Part shown: piece by piece, positions 49,652 to 59,401 of the stretch
Numbering within the stretch: position 1 is the first letter of the stretch
Layout of the letters: each line of letters opens with the position of its first letter
Assembly (NCBI GenBank): GCA_963662285.2
Contig: CAXXMV010000001.1
Span: forward strand, 480,001-544,000
Length of the DNA stretch: 64,000 nucleotides
Direction: 5' to 3'
From: a bacterium
GTDB taxonomy: Bacteria > Hinthialibacterota > Hinthialibacteria > Hinthialibacterales > Hinthialibacteraceae
The notes under the pieces: generated by a model
The model's database searches: none
What the model was told of the DNA's origin: nothing
What the model saw: only the letters and a program-made list of their open reading frames with translations
Made by a program: the position numbers and the translations under genes

Positions 49652-51523
49652 TTATAGGAAATATTTCTCTTTTTTGATCATTTCTACATAATTCTTTCTG
49701 GCTTCCTGGACGGATTCGATGCCGGAAACTTCCGGTACAGCTACATCCCACCAGGAATCATAACCAGGGGCGTATTCTTCTGGATCGATATCAATGGCGA
49801 TCATGGTTGTTTTATCGAATGTCTTGGCTTTTTCCAGAGCCTGGACAATTTCATCCTTGGTGCTGGCTTTAATAACATTGGCGCCCAGACTGGCTGCGTT
49901 GGCGGCGAAATCGATGGGTAGATTTTCTCCGGCCAGCAATCCTGATTGGGGTTCACGGAACTTGAACTGGTTACCGAAACCATGGCTGCCGCAAGACTTA
50001 GCCAGGCCGCGGATGCAGTTGAAGCCATAGTTGTTCAAGAAAACAATAGTAATTTTGTATCCTTCCTGAATCGAGGTAACTATTTCATTGGAGAGCATCA
50101 AGTAGGAGCCATCGCCGATCATGACATATACTTCGCCATCGGGATTAGCCATTTTAACGCCGAAACCGCCTGCAATTTCATAGCCCATGCAGGAGTAACC
50201 ATATTCCAGGTGATATCCCTTATATGACTTGGTGCGCCATAATTTGTGCAGGTCGCCAGGCAATCCACCCGCAGCGCAAACCATGACATCGTTTGATCCT
50301 GCGAAATTGGTGACCGCGCCGATGACTTCGCCCTGGCTGATTTGCTTGTTACCCAGGTTGAAGATGCGCTCTTCCTCTTTACGCCAATCGCTTATAAGGG
50401 CTGATATTTCAGACGCATAGGCCTCATCGGTCTTGCGTCCTGCATCTTTGAGAGCAGCTGTTAAATCGGTTAGTCCGACTTTTGCGTCGCAGATCAATGG
50501 AACAGCCGAATGTTTCACTGCATCAAAATTACAGACGTTTAAGCCTATGAACTTCACATCAGGATTCTGGAACTGTGTTTTTGAAGCGGTGGTGAAATCA
50601 CTTAAACGGGTCCCGATATTAATTACCAGATCAGCTTTTAGCGCCATCTGGTTAGCAGCTGAGGTTCCCGTAACGCCAATCGCGCCTAAGTTATATTTAT
50701 GATCCCACAGTAAAGAGCCTTTACCGGCTTGGGTTTCGCTGACTGGGATGCCGGTTGATTCACAGAAAGCCTCTAATTCCTTGGATGCTTCTGAATAATG
50801 TACGCCGCCGCCGGCGATAACCAGGGGGCGTTTGCTCTCTTTGATCCATTGAACGGCTTTATCCAACATAGCCTTTTCGGGTCTTTGGCGGGGTATGTGA
50901 TAGACCCGTTTGTTGAAGAATTCCTCTGGATAATCGAATGCTTCGGTCTGCACATCCTGGGGAATAGCGATGGTTACCGCGCCCGTGTCGGCTGGGCTGG
51001 TTAAGACGCGCATAGCCTCAGGCAGGGCGGTTATAATCTGGTCGGGGCGATTGATGCGATCCCAATATTTACTTACAGGCTTGAAGCAATCGTTCACCGA
51101 AATATCTTGAGACTGCTGTGATTCCAATTGCTGCAATACCGGGGCCACGTTACGCCGCGCGAAGATGTCGCCGGGCAACAGCAACACGGGAATGCGGTTG
51201 ATGGTGGCCGTAGCGGCGCCGGTAATCATATTGGTAGCGCCCGGTCCGATGGAGCTGGTGCAGATAAATGCTTTCATGCGCCGGTTTTGTTTGGCGAAGG
51301 CTGTGGCGGTATGAACCATGCCCTGCTCGTTACGGCATTGCATGTAACGCATTTCATCTTTATATTCTTCCAGCGCCAATCCTAATCCAGCAACCATGCC
51401 GTGTCCGAATATGCCAAAGACTCCCTCGAAAAAGCGGTTTTCAACTCCATCCCTCTCCACATATTGGTTGCACAGAAACTTGAGCAACGCTTGCGCCATA
51501 GTTAATCGGATTGTTTTACCCAT
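49652..51523 (-). CDS. iolD: 3D-(3,5/4)-trihydroxycyclohexane-1,2-dione acylhydrolase (ThDP)
   Basis: IRLTMAQAL, GIFGHG, NEQGM, SIGPGATNM, LPGDLHKLW, YHLEYGYSCMGYE, GDGSYLM, SWWDV. Confidence 0.97.
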   Translation of the reverse strand: MGKTIRLTMAQALLKFLCNQYVERDGVENRFFEGVFGIFGHGMVAGLGLALEEYKDEMRYMQCRNEQGMVHTATAFAKQNRRMKAFICTSSIGPGATNMITGAATATINRIPVLLLPGDIFARRNVAPVLQQLESQQSQDISVNDCFKPVSKYWDRINRPDQIITALPEAMRVLTSPADTGAVTIAIPQDVQTEAFDYPEEFFNKRVYHIPRQRPEKAMLDKAVQWIKESKRPLVIAGGGVHYSEASKELEAFCESTGIPVSETQAGKGSLLWDHKYNLGAIGVTGTSAANQMALKADLVINIGTRLSDFTTASKTQFQNPDVKFIGLNVCNFDAVKHSAVPLICDAKVGLTDLTAALKDAGRKTDEAYASEISALISDWRKEEERIFNLGNKQISQGEVIGAVTNFAGSNDVMVCAAGGLPGDLHKLWRTKSYKGYHLEYGYSCMGYEIAGGFGVKMANPDGEVYVMIGDGSYLMLSNEIVTSIQEGYKITIVFLNNYGFNCIRGLAKSCGSHGFGNQFKFREPQSGLLAGENLPIDFAANAASLGANVIKASTKDEIVQALEKAKTFDKTTMIAIDIDPEEYAPGYDSWWDVAVPEVSGIESVQEARKNYVEMIKKEKYFL

Positions 51524-51909
51524 TGCTGATTACCCTTTCGCTTTGTAATAGAAAACAGTTAAAATTGTTTCTTGCTAAATTTCAAGGACATTAATCGATT
51601 GATTTATCCGAATACATGTTACAGTTATTGAATAACATTTTCAAAATTCTTACAATATCATCCCGACCATCATCCAAAAAATAACTTCCTGCATACTTCA
51701 TATAAAAAAAATTGTCTATAATCAAGGGAAGCATCAAATCTATGGGGTACAAATTTCACAAATCAATGTTCTTCCTCAAGAATGATTTACCGCTTATATG
51801 CTTTTAATTCTTCAGTCCTAGTTGATTTTCACCATAGTTTATGCGAAAGTTTCCTTCAGAAGAATAAATGATATAAAATTCTAGTTTTTCAAAAGATATA
51901 ACTCATATA

Positions 51910-52914
51910 ATGCGTTTATTATTTATCCAAAAAACAATAATTGAACTTTTCAAGGCAACACTGGGAAAACTCCATTTTTCTAAACATGGAAGATGGCTCG
52001 GACCGCTGATCGGATTGCTATTTCTCTGTGTAATCCTATGGATCGCAACTCCCCATTTCTTAACGGTTTCCAACCTAACCAATGTAGCCCAACAATCTTC
52101 GATCAACGCTATCATTTCCATAGGGATGACTTTTGTCATTCTTACGGCGGGCATCGATCTATCGGTGGGTTCCGTCCTGGCATTTGTGGGGGTAGTTTTA
52201 GCCAGCGTTTTGCATGCCAACGTACCTCCTGCCATTGCTATACCAATCGCATTACTGGTTGGAATGATGGCTGGAGCAATTAACGGCGTCCTGATCAGTT
52301 GGGGAAAACTGCCGCCATTTATTGTCACTTTGGGAATGATGAGCGTGGCGCGCGGCGGCGCCTTAATCTTCACCGGGGGCAGACCGATATCCGGTTTTAC
52401 TGAAGGATTCCGCGATATATCAAATAATGACTTTCTTTTTCTACCGGTTCCCGTCTGGATTATGATTGCGCTCTACGTTGCGGCGCATTTCATCCTGACC
52501 AGGACGCGTTTCGGGCGTTACACCTATGCCATAGGCGGTAATGAATCGGCGGCGTATCTATCAGGCATAAACGTTCGCGTTTACAAGATGATCGTCTACG
52601 CCCTGTCCGGTCTGACCTGCGCTATTGCGGCAATCCTGCTTACCTCCCGCCTGAATTCAGCTCAACCTCTGGCGGGCATCAACTATGAACTGGACGCCAT
52701 CGCCGCAACTGTTATCGGCGGAACCAGCCTGATGGGAGGCGAAGGCTGCATCAGTGGAACATTGGTAGGAGCGCTTATTATCCAGGTTTTACGCAACGGA
52801 CTGAATTTAATGGAAATTTCATCAAATTTCCAGAATGTGGTGATTGGCAGCGTAATTGTGATTGCCGCGTTAATGGATATGTATCTGAAATCGCGGTCGC
52901 AAAAAAAACATTAG
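51910..52914 (+). CDS. Ribose/inositol-type ABC transporter permease
   Basis: GIDLSVGS, LPPFIVTLG, FGRYTYAIGGNE, YELDAIAATVIGG. Start codon uncertain. Confidence 0.92.
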   Translation: MRLLFIQKTIIELFKATLGKLHFSKHGRWLGPLIGLLFLCVILWIATPHFLTVSNLTNVAQQSSINAIISIGMTFVILTAGIDLSVGSVLAFVGVVLASVLHANVPPAIAIPIALLVGMMAGAINGVLISWGKLPPFIVTLGMMSVARGGALIFTGGRPISGFTEGFRDISNNDFLFLPVPVWIMIALYVAAHFILTRTRFGRYTYAIGGNESAAYLSGINVRVYKMIVYALSGLTCAIAAILLTSRLNSAQPLAGINYELDAIAATVIGGTSLMGGEGCISGTLVGALIIQVLRNGLNLMEISSNFQNVVIGSVIVIAALMDMYLKSRSQKKH

Positions 52915-52926
52915 TAGGAGAATAAA

Positions 52927-53862
52927 ATGAAACGATGGCCATTGGTTATTATCATTGGATTAATAATTTCGGTTTTTGTTTGTGGCTGCAACCGGGCGCC
53001 TCAATCCGTCAATCAGAAATTGCGTATCGGCTTTGTTATGAAAACGCTTAGCAATCCGTTCTTCATTCAAATGGAGGAGGGGGCTAATGAAGCGGCGCAA
53101 AACCTGGGCGTTGAACTGGTCGTACAAGCCGCCGACCGGGAAATCGATGTGGAACGGCAATTGCAGATCATCGAAAACCTGATCGAAACCAAGGTTGACG
53201 CGCTATGCATTACGCCAAGCGGTTCGCGTGAAATTGTAAGCGCCATCGCCAAAGCCAACGCGGCCAATATTCCCGTCTTGATTGTGGATACAAAAGTAGA
53301 TGCGCAAACAGCCAAGGATATGAAGGTTAATTACGTCACCTTTATCGGTTCGGATAATTACCAAGGCGGGTTATTGGCTGGTCAGCATTTCGCAAAAAAA
53401 TTTAAGGAGACGACCGAACTGGTGATTCTAGAGGGAATTCCAGGCCATGAAACCCATGATTCCCGCCGCCAGGGATTTCTGGATGGAATCAAAGAGGCGC
53501 CTCAGTTAAAGATCGTCTCTTCGCAACCCGCCAATACCGAACGCGACCAGGGCTTTAATGTATTTCAAAACATCCTGCAAACTCATCCTGATGTCAAAGC
53601 CCTGTTCTGCACCAACGATATGATGGCTTTGGGCGCCGTGGAAGCAATATCCGCCGCAGGCAAAGAAGGCCAGATCGCCGTCATTGGCTTTGACGCAGTT
53701 GATGAGGCGCGCGAAGCAATCAAGCAGGGACGTATGGAAGGCTCCATCGCCCAGTCTCCCGATGAAATGGGACGCGTCGCAGTGCAATGCGCCGTAAAAT
53801 TTCTAAATGGCGAGAGCATCCCGGATACAGTACCGGTCAAAATTGAATTAATAACAAAATAA
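52927..53862 (+). CDS. Sugar ABC substrate-binding lipoprotein (RbsB-like)
   Basis: Lipobox FVCGC; LSNPFF, GSDNYQGG, NDMMALG, GFD. Confidence 0.92.
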   Translation: MKRWPLVIIIGLIISVFVCGCNRAPQSVNQKLRIGFVMKTLSNPFFIQMEEGANEAAQNLGVELVVQAADREIDVERQLQIIENLIETKVDALCITPSGSREIVSAIAKANAANIPVLIVDTKVDAQTAKDMKVNYVTFIGSDNYQGGLLAGQHFAKKFKETTELVILEGIPGHETHDSRRQGFLDGIKEAPQLKIVSSQPANTERDQGFNVFQNILQTHPDVKALFCTNDMMALGAVEAISAAGKEGQIAVIGFDAVDEAREAIKQGRMEGSIAQSPDEMGRVAVQCAVKFLNGESIPDTVPVKIELITK

Positions 53863-53924
53863 ATCACCGTTAATGATTATAATATTAACGATTATGCTAT
53901 TAACCATTCAACTATATTGGCGCA

Positions 53925-54204
53925 ATCCCCTCTCCCGCCGGGAGAGGGCAAGGGTGAGGGGGAATTATAGATCACCAATGTAGGGCGCGCCCCTTGTGGG
54001 CGCCCGTTAAACACAACAACCATAGATTAAACAACGCATAGGGTGGATCACGCCTTACCGACCCACCAAGAGTAATTTGTTGATCGGGCAACGCATAGGA
54101 TGGACTGAAATTTTGGGCGCCAAGGGCAAGACCGCATTGCGCTCAGCCCTTGATTAAATAAACCTACGCGTAGGGTGGGCTAAAAGCGATAGCGCAGCCC
54201 ACCA
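53925..54204. repeat. BIME-like mosaic of boxC-like, GTAG-REP and 39-bp palindromic units
   Basis: 53927-53962 is the reverse complement of 62335-62370 (1 mismatch). Also GTAGGGCGCGCCCCTTGTGGGCGCCC, TAGGGTGGATCACGCCTTACCGACCCACC (similar to the reverse complement of 61095-61126), the 54115-54153 palindrome and CGTAGGGTGGGC...GCCCACC. Confidence 0.8.
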
Positions 54205-54249
54205 AGAACAACCCAAGAATAATTATTGAATACAATCAGGAGAAAACAA

Positions 54250-55152
54250 ATGAGTCAAATTAAAGTCGCAAATGCTCCCTGTTCATGGGGCGTACTGGAA
54301 TTTGATCTGGATGGAGAAGCCGCTGGTTATGCAAAGGTTCTGGATGAGATGGTCCAATCGGGTTACGTAGGGACTGAATTCGGCGACTGGGGATTCATGC
54401 CGACTGATCCTGATGTCCTGCGTCAGGAACTGGAAAAACGCAACCTGGCCATGTTGGGCGCTTTTGTACCGGTTCAGCTGATTAATCCCGACGCCCACCA
54501 AGATGGCGCGTCAACCGCGATAAAGACGGCTAAACTGCTTGCAGCGGTGAACGAGACGCCATTTATCGTTTTGGCTGACGATAATGGAACCGTCGAGAAT
54601 CGCACCAAAAAAGCCGGACGCATCCAGCCCGAAGACGGCCTTAATGATGAAGAATGGAAAGTTTTCGCTAAGGGCGCTGAACTGGTCGCCATGATGGTTA
54701 AAGAAGAGACTGGCGTCCGTACAGTATTTCATCATCACTGCGGCGGTTACATCGAAACTCCATCTGAGGTCGAGCGTCTTCTTGCTCTAACCAATCCCGA
54801 ATTGCTTGGTCTATGCTTCGATACAGGACACTTTGAATATGGCGGCGGAAATGCTCTGGAAGGATTAAAATCATACACCGACCGTATCTGGCATGTGCAT
54901 TTCAAAGATTGTCATCCAGGCATCGCCAACCAGATACGTAACAATCAGCAAGATTACTTCGAAGCGGTAAAGAACGGCGTCTTCTGTGAATTGGGTAAGG
55001 GTTCGGTAAATTTTCCGGCTGTGTTGAGTGAATTAAAAAAACAAGGATATCAGGATTGGATTGTGGTCGAGCAGGATGTTCTGCCCGGTATGGGAACCCC
55101 CATAGAAAGCGCCATGCGTAACCGAGAATACTTGAAATCACTAGGATTGTAA
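54250..55152 (+). CDS. iolE: 2-keto-myo-inositol (myo-inosose-2) dehydratase
   Basis: ANAPCSWG, FHHHCG, CFDTGH, HVHFKD, FCELGKG, VVEQD. Confidence 0.9.
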   Translation: MSQIKVANAPCSWGVLEFDLDGEAAGYAKVLDEMVQSGYVGTEFGDWGFMPTDPDVLRQELEKRNLAMLGAFVPVQLINPDAHQDGASTAIKTAKLLAAVNETPFIVLADDNGTVENRTKKAGRIQPEDGLNDEEWKVFAKGAELVAMMVKEETGVRTVFHHHCGGYIETPSEVERLLALTNPELLGLCFDTGHFEYGGGNALEGLKSYTDRIWHVHFKDCHPGIANQIRNNQQDYFEAVKNGVFCELGKGSVNFPAVLSELKKQGYQDWIVVEQDVLPGMGTPIESAMRNREYLKSLGL

Positions 55153-55209
55153 TAATCCAGTTTTATTTATAGATCGACAGGAAAACCAAAATATCAAAGG
55201 ATATTGATA

Positions 55210-56232
55210 ATGACCAATACAAATATGATCAATATTGGATTAATCGGAACTGGCCGGATAGGCAAGGTTCATGCTGAGCATATCGCCTATAGATTTCCCA
55301 ACGCCCGTTTGGAAGCAATATGCGATGTTAATCTTGCATCGGCGCAAGAGTGCGCAGACCGTTTCAATGTAGCCAACGTTTCCAACAACGCGAAATCAAT
55401 CTTCGCCAATGATAAGGTAGACGCTGTGTTGATCTGCTCTTCAACCAACACCCATGCGTCTTTGTGCGAAGAAGCAGCCCAGGCTAAAAAGCATATTTTT
55501 TGTGAAAAGCCTATCGATTTAGACTTGGCGAGGATCGACAAGACATTGGAAATAGTTAAAAAGTCGGGCGTGAAATTCATGGCTGGCTTCAACCGCCGTT
55601 TCGACCCCAATTTTTTAGAGGTCTATCGACAAATCCGGGATGGCGTAATCGGCGAACCGCACCTGCTGCGCATAACCAGCCGCGACCCAGGGCCTCCCCC
55701 GATTGAATATGTAAAAATATCGGGCGGTATGTTTCTGGATATGACCATCCATGATTTTGATATGGCGCGTTATCTGGTGGGCAGCGAAATAGTCTCGGTA
55801 TACGCCGCGGGTGGAGTCTTGGTTGATCCAAAAATCGGCGAAGCGGGCGATATCGACACGGCTCTGATCACGCTGCATTTCGCCAACGGCGCGATTGGCG
55901 CTATCGATAACAGCCGCCAAGCCATCTACGGCTATGACCAGCGCGTGGAAGTATTCGGCTCCAAAGGCATGGTGTCAGCGGAAAACAATACGCCTACCCG
56001 CACTCAGATCAGCAACGCGGACGGCGTCCATTCACCACTGCCGCTCAATTTCTTCATGGATCGTTATATTGATTCATATATCACCGAAATTGAACGCTTT
56101 ATCTCTTCTATTATTGAGGATAAAGAATCCGACGTAACCGGAATCGATGCACGCTATCCGGTAGTTATAGCATTGGCGGCGCAACTCTCAATGAAAGAAA
56201 AACGCCCTGTTGCGTTGAGTGAGATTAAATAA
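55210..56232 (+). CDS. iolG: myo-inositol 2-dehydrogenase
   Basis: IGTGRIG, FCEKP, GFNRRFDP, TSRDP, DMTIHDFD, YGYDQRVE. Confidence 0.93.
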   Translation: MTNTNMINIGLIGTGRIGKVHAEHIAYRFPNARLEAICDVNLASAQECADRFNVANVSNNAKSIFANDKVDAVLICSSTNTHASLCEEAAQAKKHIFCEKPIDLDLARIDKTLEIVKKSGVKFMAGFNRRFDPNFLEVYRQIRDGVIGEPHLLRITSRDPGPPPIEYVKISGGMFLDMTIHDFDMARYLVGSEIVSVYAAGGVLVDPKIGEAGDIDTALITLHFANGAIGAIDNSRQAIYGYDQRVEVFGSKGMVSAENNTPTRTQISNADGVHSPLPLNFFMDRYIDSYITEIERFISSIIEDKESDVTGIDARYPVVIALAAQLSMKEKRPVALSEIK

Positions 56233-56260
56233 AAGTTCTAATCATCAAATTGCCGTATTC

Positions 56261-56292
56261 CAAAAGCCCATTTTTTTATGGGCTTTTTTTTG
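56261..56292 (+). terminator. Intrinsic terminator
   Basis: AAAGCCCAT...ATGGGCTTTTTTTT after iolG. Confidence 0.7.
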
Positions 56293-56322
56293 AAATTTTC
56301 TCTTTACAAACGAAACATACAT

Positions 56323-56336
56323 GTTACAATTGTAAC
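56323..56336. promoter_or_regulatory. BlaI/MecI/CopY-type operator
   Basis: Perfect palindrome GTTACAATTGTAAC (TACA-NN-TGTA core), 27 bp upstream of the blaI-like ATG. Confidence 0.8.
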
Positions 56337-56363
56337 TATTATAATCGAATCAAGGAGTTCATC

Positions 56364-56750
56364 ATGGTCAGACGTTCTTCCGATCCACTATCCTCCAGCG
56401 AATGGCAGGTCATGAAAATTGTATGGGAATTAAAATCCTGCGCGGTGCGTGATGTGTATAACCGGATATCCCAGGAATTCAATTGGAATCAAAACACCGT
56501 TCGCACATTCTTAAACCGATTAGTCGACAAGGGATTTCTCAAAACCAAGCAGGTTGGGAATTGCCTGGTTTACAGTCCTAAGCGTCCATTTCTTCGCGCA
56601 ATCTATAACGCGGCAGATGATCTGCTAGACAAAACTATTACAGGCCAAACCGGGCCGGTTCTCTCCTATCTGCTAGAAAAAAGCGAATTATCGGCGGGAG
56701 AGATCAAAGAACTACGGGCATTACTCGATAAACATGCCGAAAAGGAATGA
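56364..56750 (+). CDS. BlaI/MecI/CopY family repressor
   Basis: LSSSEWQVMKIVW, WNQNTVRTFLNRLVDKG; AAGGAG RBS before ATG 56364. Confidence 0.92.
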   Translation: MVRRSSDPLSSSEWQVMKIVWELKSCAVRDVYNRISQEFNWNQNTVRTFLNRLVDKGFLKTKQVGNCLVYSPKRPFLRAIYNAADDLLDKTITGQTGPVLSYLLEKSELSAGEIKELRALLDKHAEKE

Positions 56751-56753
56751 ATC

Positions 56754-59264
56754 GTGAACATCATCGAAACGATTAACCAATGGGCTGCAACATGGTCGGC
56801 GATCATGACGACGCGAGTGATCGATTCAACTATTGTATTACTGATCGTGGCGACTGTATGGTTTGTAATTAAAAAACGGGCGCCCTCCCAATTAGGCTAT
56901 TGCCTATTCCTGTTTGTCTTGGTGAAATTAATCATCCCCGCTTCCATAATCATCCCAATCAATACAGGAATCAATTTGAATGCAGACGCATTTCGAGGTT
57001 CACCATTCCGGGCTGACAACAATTATCTCGATCAATCCGCCTACAAAACAAACCTGTTCGCCGGAAACAAAGCAGCTAAGCTCCCGGAAACAAAATACGA
57101 AGAACGTCATATAGTTTCATATCCGGGTGTTTTGTTCTTTGATCCTTTTTCTTACATTTCATACTCCAGTGTTTTTATGCTGCTATGGGCATTAGGCGCT
57201 GGTTGGTTACTGATTCGCTTCATAATCAATCAGAGAAAATTCCGGTGTAGTATCAGGGGTTTGGAAGAGGTCAATCTTAATTCGGCGCCAGTGGATTTGG
57301 TCCAAATTCAACGCAGCGCCAGGATCAAACAACCAATCCGATGGTATTACAGTCCTGATAGTAGAGTTCCTGCGGTTTGCGGCATAACTCACCCTACTGT
57401 CATAATCCCCCATAACTTTTTCATCGACGTCAGCCCCGCTCAAGCGCAATGGATATTACTGCATGAGTTATCGCACATACGCAGACGTGATAACGCCGTA
57501 AGCTTATTACAAAGTTTGATCCATATCCTGTTTTTCTTTCATCCCGGAGTATGGATTGCAAACCTGAAAGTTAACCAGTTGCGCGAGTACGCCTGCGACG
57601 ATTTCGCGTTGGTCAAAAGCGAAACGCCAAAATTTGTATGTGGTGAAGGTTTATACTCAATGGCTCAAAAAATCGACCAGTTTCCAGAGCAATTAAACCC
57701 ATCGATTAGCTTGGTGAAATCACAATCTTTAATAAGGAGAAGAATGATGAGAATCCTGGATGGTCAGCGAATCATCAAGACAAGATTATCGGTTTATTCT
57801 TTTGTACTACTAATGTTTGTCATGCCGGTTTTATTACTCTCAGTTCAAGCAATCGAGACCATTGAACAAAACTCGGTCAGCCAACTCGATCCAATTGGTA
57901 ATTGGCAAAGCGTAGATTTTGTGAGGAATGTTGAGGATTTCCGACCAGGGAGCAAAAGATGGACAGACGATTTTTTCCTCAAGAAAGTTCAATTACACAA
58001 AGACGGAACATCGTCTATAGGTATTACGTGGAAGCAAGGGTGGATCATGCATTCGGATGGCCGGACAAAGGCTCAATACTATATCAAGAGAATGGAAGAT
58101 GCGACTTACTTGTTCTTTCCCTGGCTCAGCGGCGATGTGACCATACGCGGCCAAGCGCCTTGGTATTATGTCCTAAAAAAGATTTCTGATGAGACTCAAC
58201 CGGACGACGCGATAAAAAGCAAAGGTTCTTCTTCCAAACGGATATCATTTCAAACAGTTATCCCTATCACTGATGTCAAAGAATTTGATGACGTCCGCTG
58301 GAAAGACATGAGTGAACTTGATCTATCCCAACGACCAGAACTTCCGGCGACGTTCTGGTTCAATCAAAAAACAGTCTGGCCGGATATTGCCCATATGCCC
58401 AAGGGATGCGATCCACATAAACTCCTTAGTGATGCAATGTCTCCTGGGCTGGGCGTCCGGGATTTGCATAAGGAAGGCATCACGGGTAAAGGAGTTAACG
58501 TAGGCATCATCGATCAGCCGCTCTATCAGAATCATCCAGAATTTGCGGGTAAGATCACAGCCTATCACGACGTCGGATGCGGCAGCGAAAGCAGCATGCA
58601 CGGACCTGCAGTGGCCAGTCTGCTGGTCGGGAATAATTGCGGAACAGCTCCGGGAGCTAAGGTTTACTACGTTGCAGCGCCCTCTTGGAAAAAAGATGCT
58701 GAATACAACGCCAAAGCCCTCCACTGGATCATTGAGCAAAATGAAAAATTATCCCAATCTGAAAAAATCCGGGTTGTGTCGGTTTCATCGGCGCCATCCG
58801 GACCAGGGTCGCCATTCGATAAAAATGGGGAGATGTGGGATAAAGCATGCGCCCTAGCTGAATCCCAAGGTCTTATGGTATTGGACTGCACCCAACACAG
58901 AGGTTTTATCGGGCCATGTTATTATGATCTAGCGGACGCCGACAACCTGTCAAAATGCAAATCCGGATTCCCCGGAATGCGTAGTGGGATAATTTCTGAC
59001 GGCATTCTTGTCCCCTGTTCACCGCGCACGACTGCTGAAGAATATAATAAAGGCGAGCATTCATTCCAATATTGCGGTAGAGGTGGATTGAGTTGGTCTA
59101 TTCCCTATAGCGCTGGAGTGCTGGCGCTCGGTTGGCAGCTGCGCCCTGATTTAACCGCAGCCCAAATGAAAAAATGTCTTTTCGATTCCGCATATATTAC
59201 AAATGAAGGCGAAAAAATTATTAATCCAAAAGAGTTTATTCGCACAATAAAGAACATGCCATAA
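56754..59264 (+). CDS. BlaR1-like M56 metallopeptidase fused to a C-terminal S8 subtilase
   Basis: LHELSHIRRRD, FFHPGVW, REYACD (M56); GVNVGIIDQ (Asp), SMHGPAVASLL (His), GGLSWSIPY (Ser). Confidence 0.88.
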   Translation: MNIIETINQWAATWSAIMTTRVIDSTIVLLIVATVWFVIKKRAPSQLGYCLFLFVLVKLIIPASIIIPINTGINLNADAFRGSPFRADNNYLDQSAYKTNLFAGNKAAKLPETKYEERHIVSYPGVLFFDPFSYISYSSVFMLLWALGAGWLLIRFIINQRKFRCSIRGLEEVNLNSAPVDLVQIQRSARIKQPIRWYYSPDSRVPAVCGITHPTVIIPHNFFIDVSPAQAQWILLHELSHIRRRDNAVSLLQSLIHILFFFHPGVWIANLKVNQLREYACDDFALVKSETPKFVCGEGLYSMAQKIDQFPEQLNPSISLVKSQSLIRRRMMRILDGQRIIKTRLSVYSFVLLMFVMPVLLLSVQAIETIEQNSVSQLDPIGNWQSVDFVRNVEDFRPGSKRWTDDFFLKKVQLHKDGTSSIGITWKQGWIMHSDGRTKAQYYIKRMEDATYLFFPWLSGDVTIRGQAPWYYVLKKISDETQPDDAIKSKGSSSKRISFQTVIPITDVKEFDDVRWKDMSELDLSQRPELPATFWFNQKTVWPDIAHMPKGCDPHKLLSDAMSPGLGVRDLHKEGITGKGVNVGIIDQPLYQNHPEFAGKITAYHDVGCGSESSMHGPAVASLLVGNNCGTAPGAKVYYVAAPSWKKDAEYNAKALHWIIEQNEKLSQSEKIRVVSVSSAPSGPGSPFDKNGEMWDKACALAESQGLMVLDCTQHRGFIGPCYYDLADADNLSKCKSGFPGMRSGIISDGILVPCSPRTTAEEYNKGEHSFQYCGRGGLSWSIPYSAGVLALGWQLRPDLTAAQMKKCLFDSAYITNEGEKIINPKEFIRTIKNMP

Positions 59265-59321
59265 ACATTTGAAATCAGATAATGAATAAATTCAGGATAG
59301 AATAGTTTTCATAAGAATGTT

Positions 59322-59401
59322 CTTCGTAGAAGCCGGAAAAGATTGGCTTCTACGAAGACAAAAGGCAATAATAAACGAATATTTTTTTGATAATCGCTCT
59401 A
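59322..59401 (+). repeat. Dispersed ~80-bp hairpin-plus-tail element, copy 2
   Basis: CTTCGTAGAAGCCG-GAAAAGAT-TGGCTTCTACGAAG, continuing ACAAAAGGCAATAATAAACGAATATTTTTTTGATAATCGCTCTA. Confidence 0.8.
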
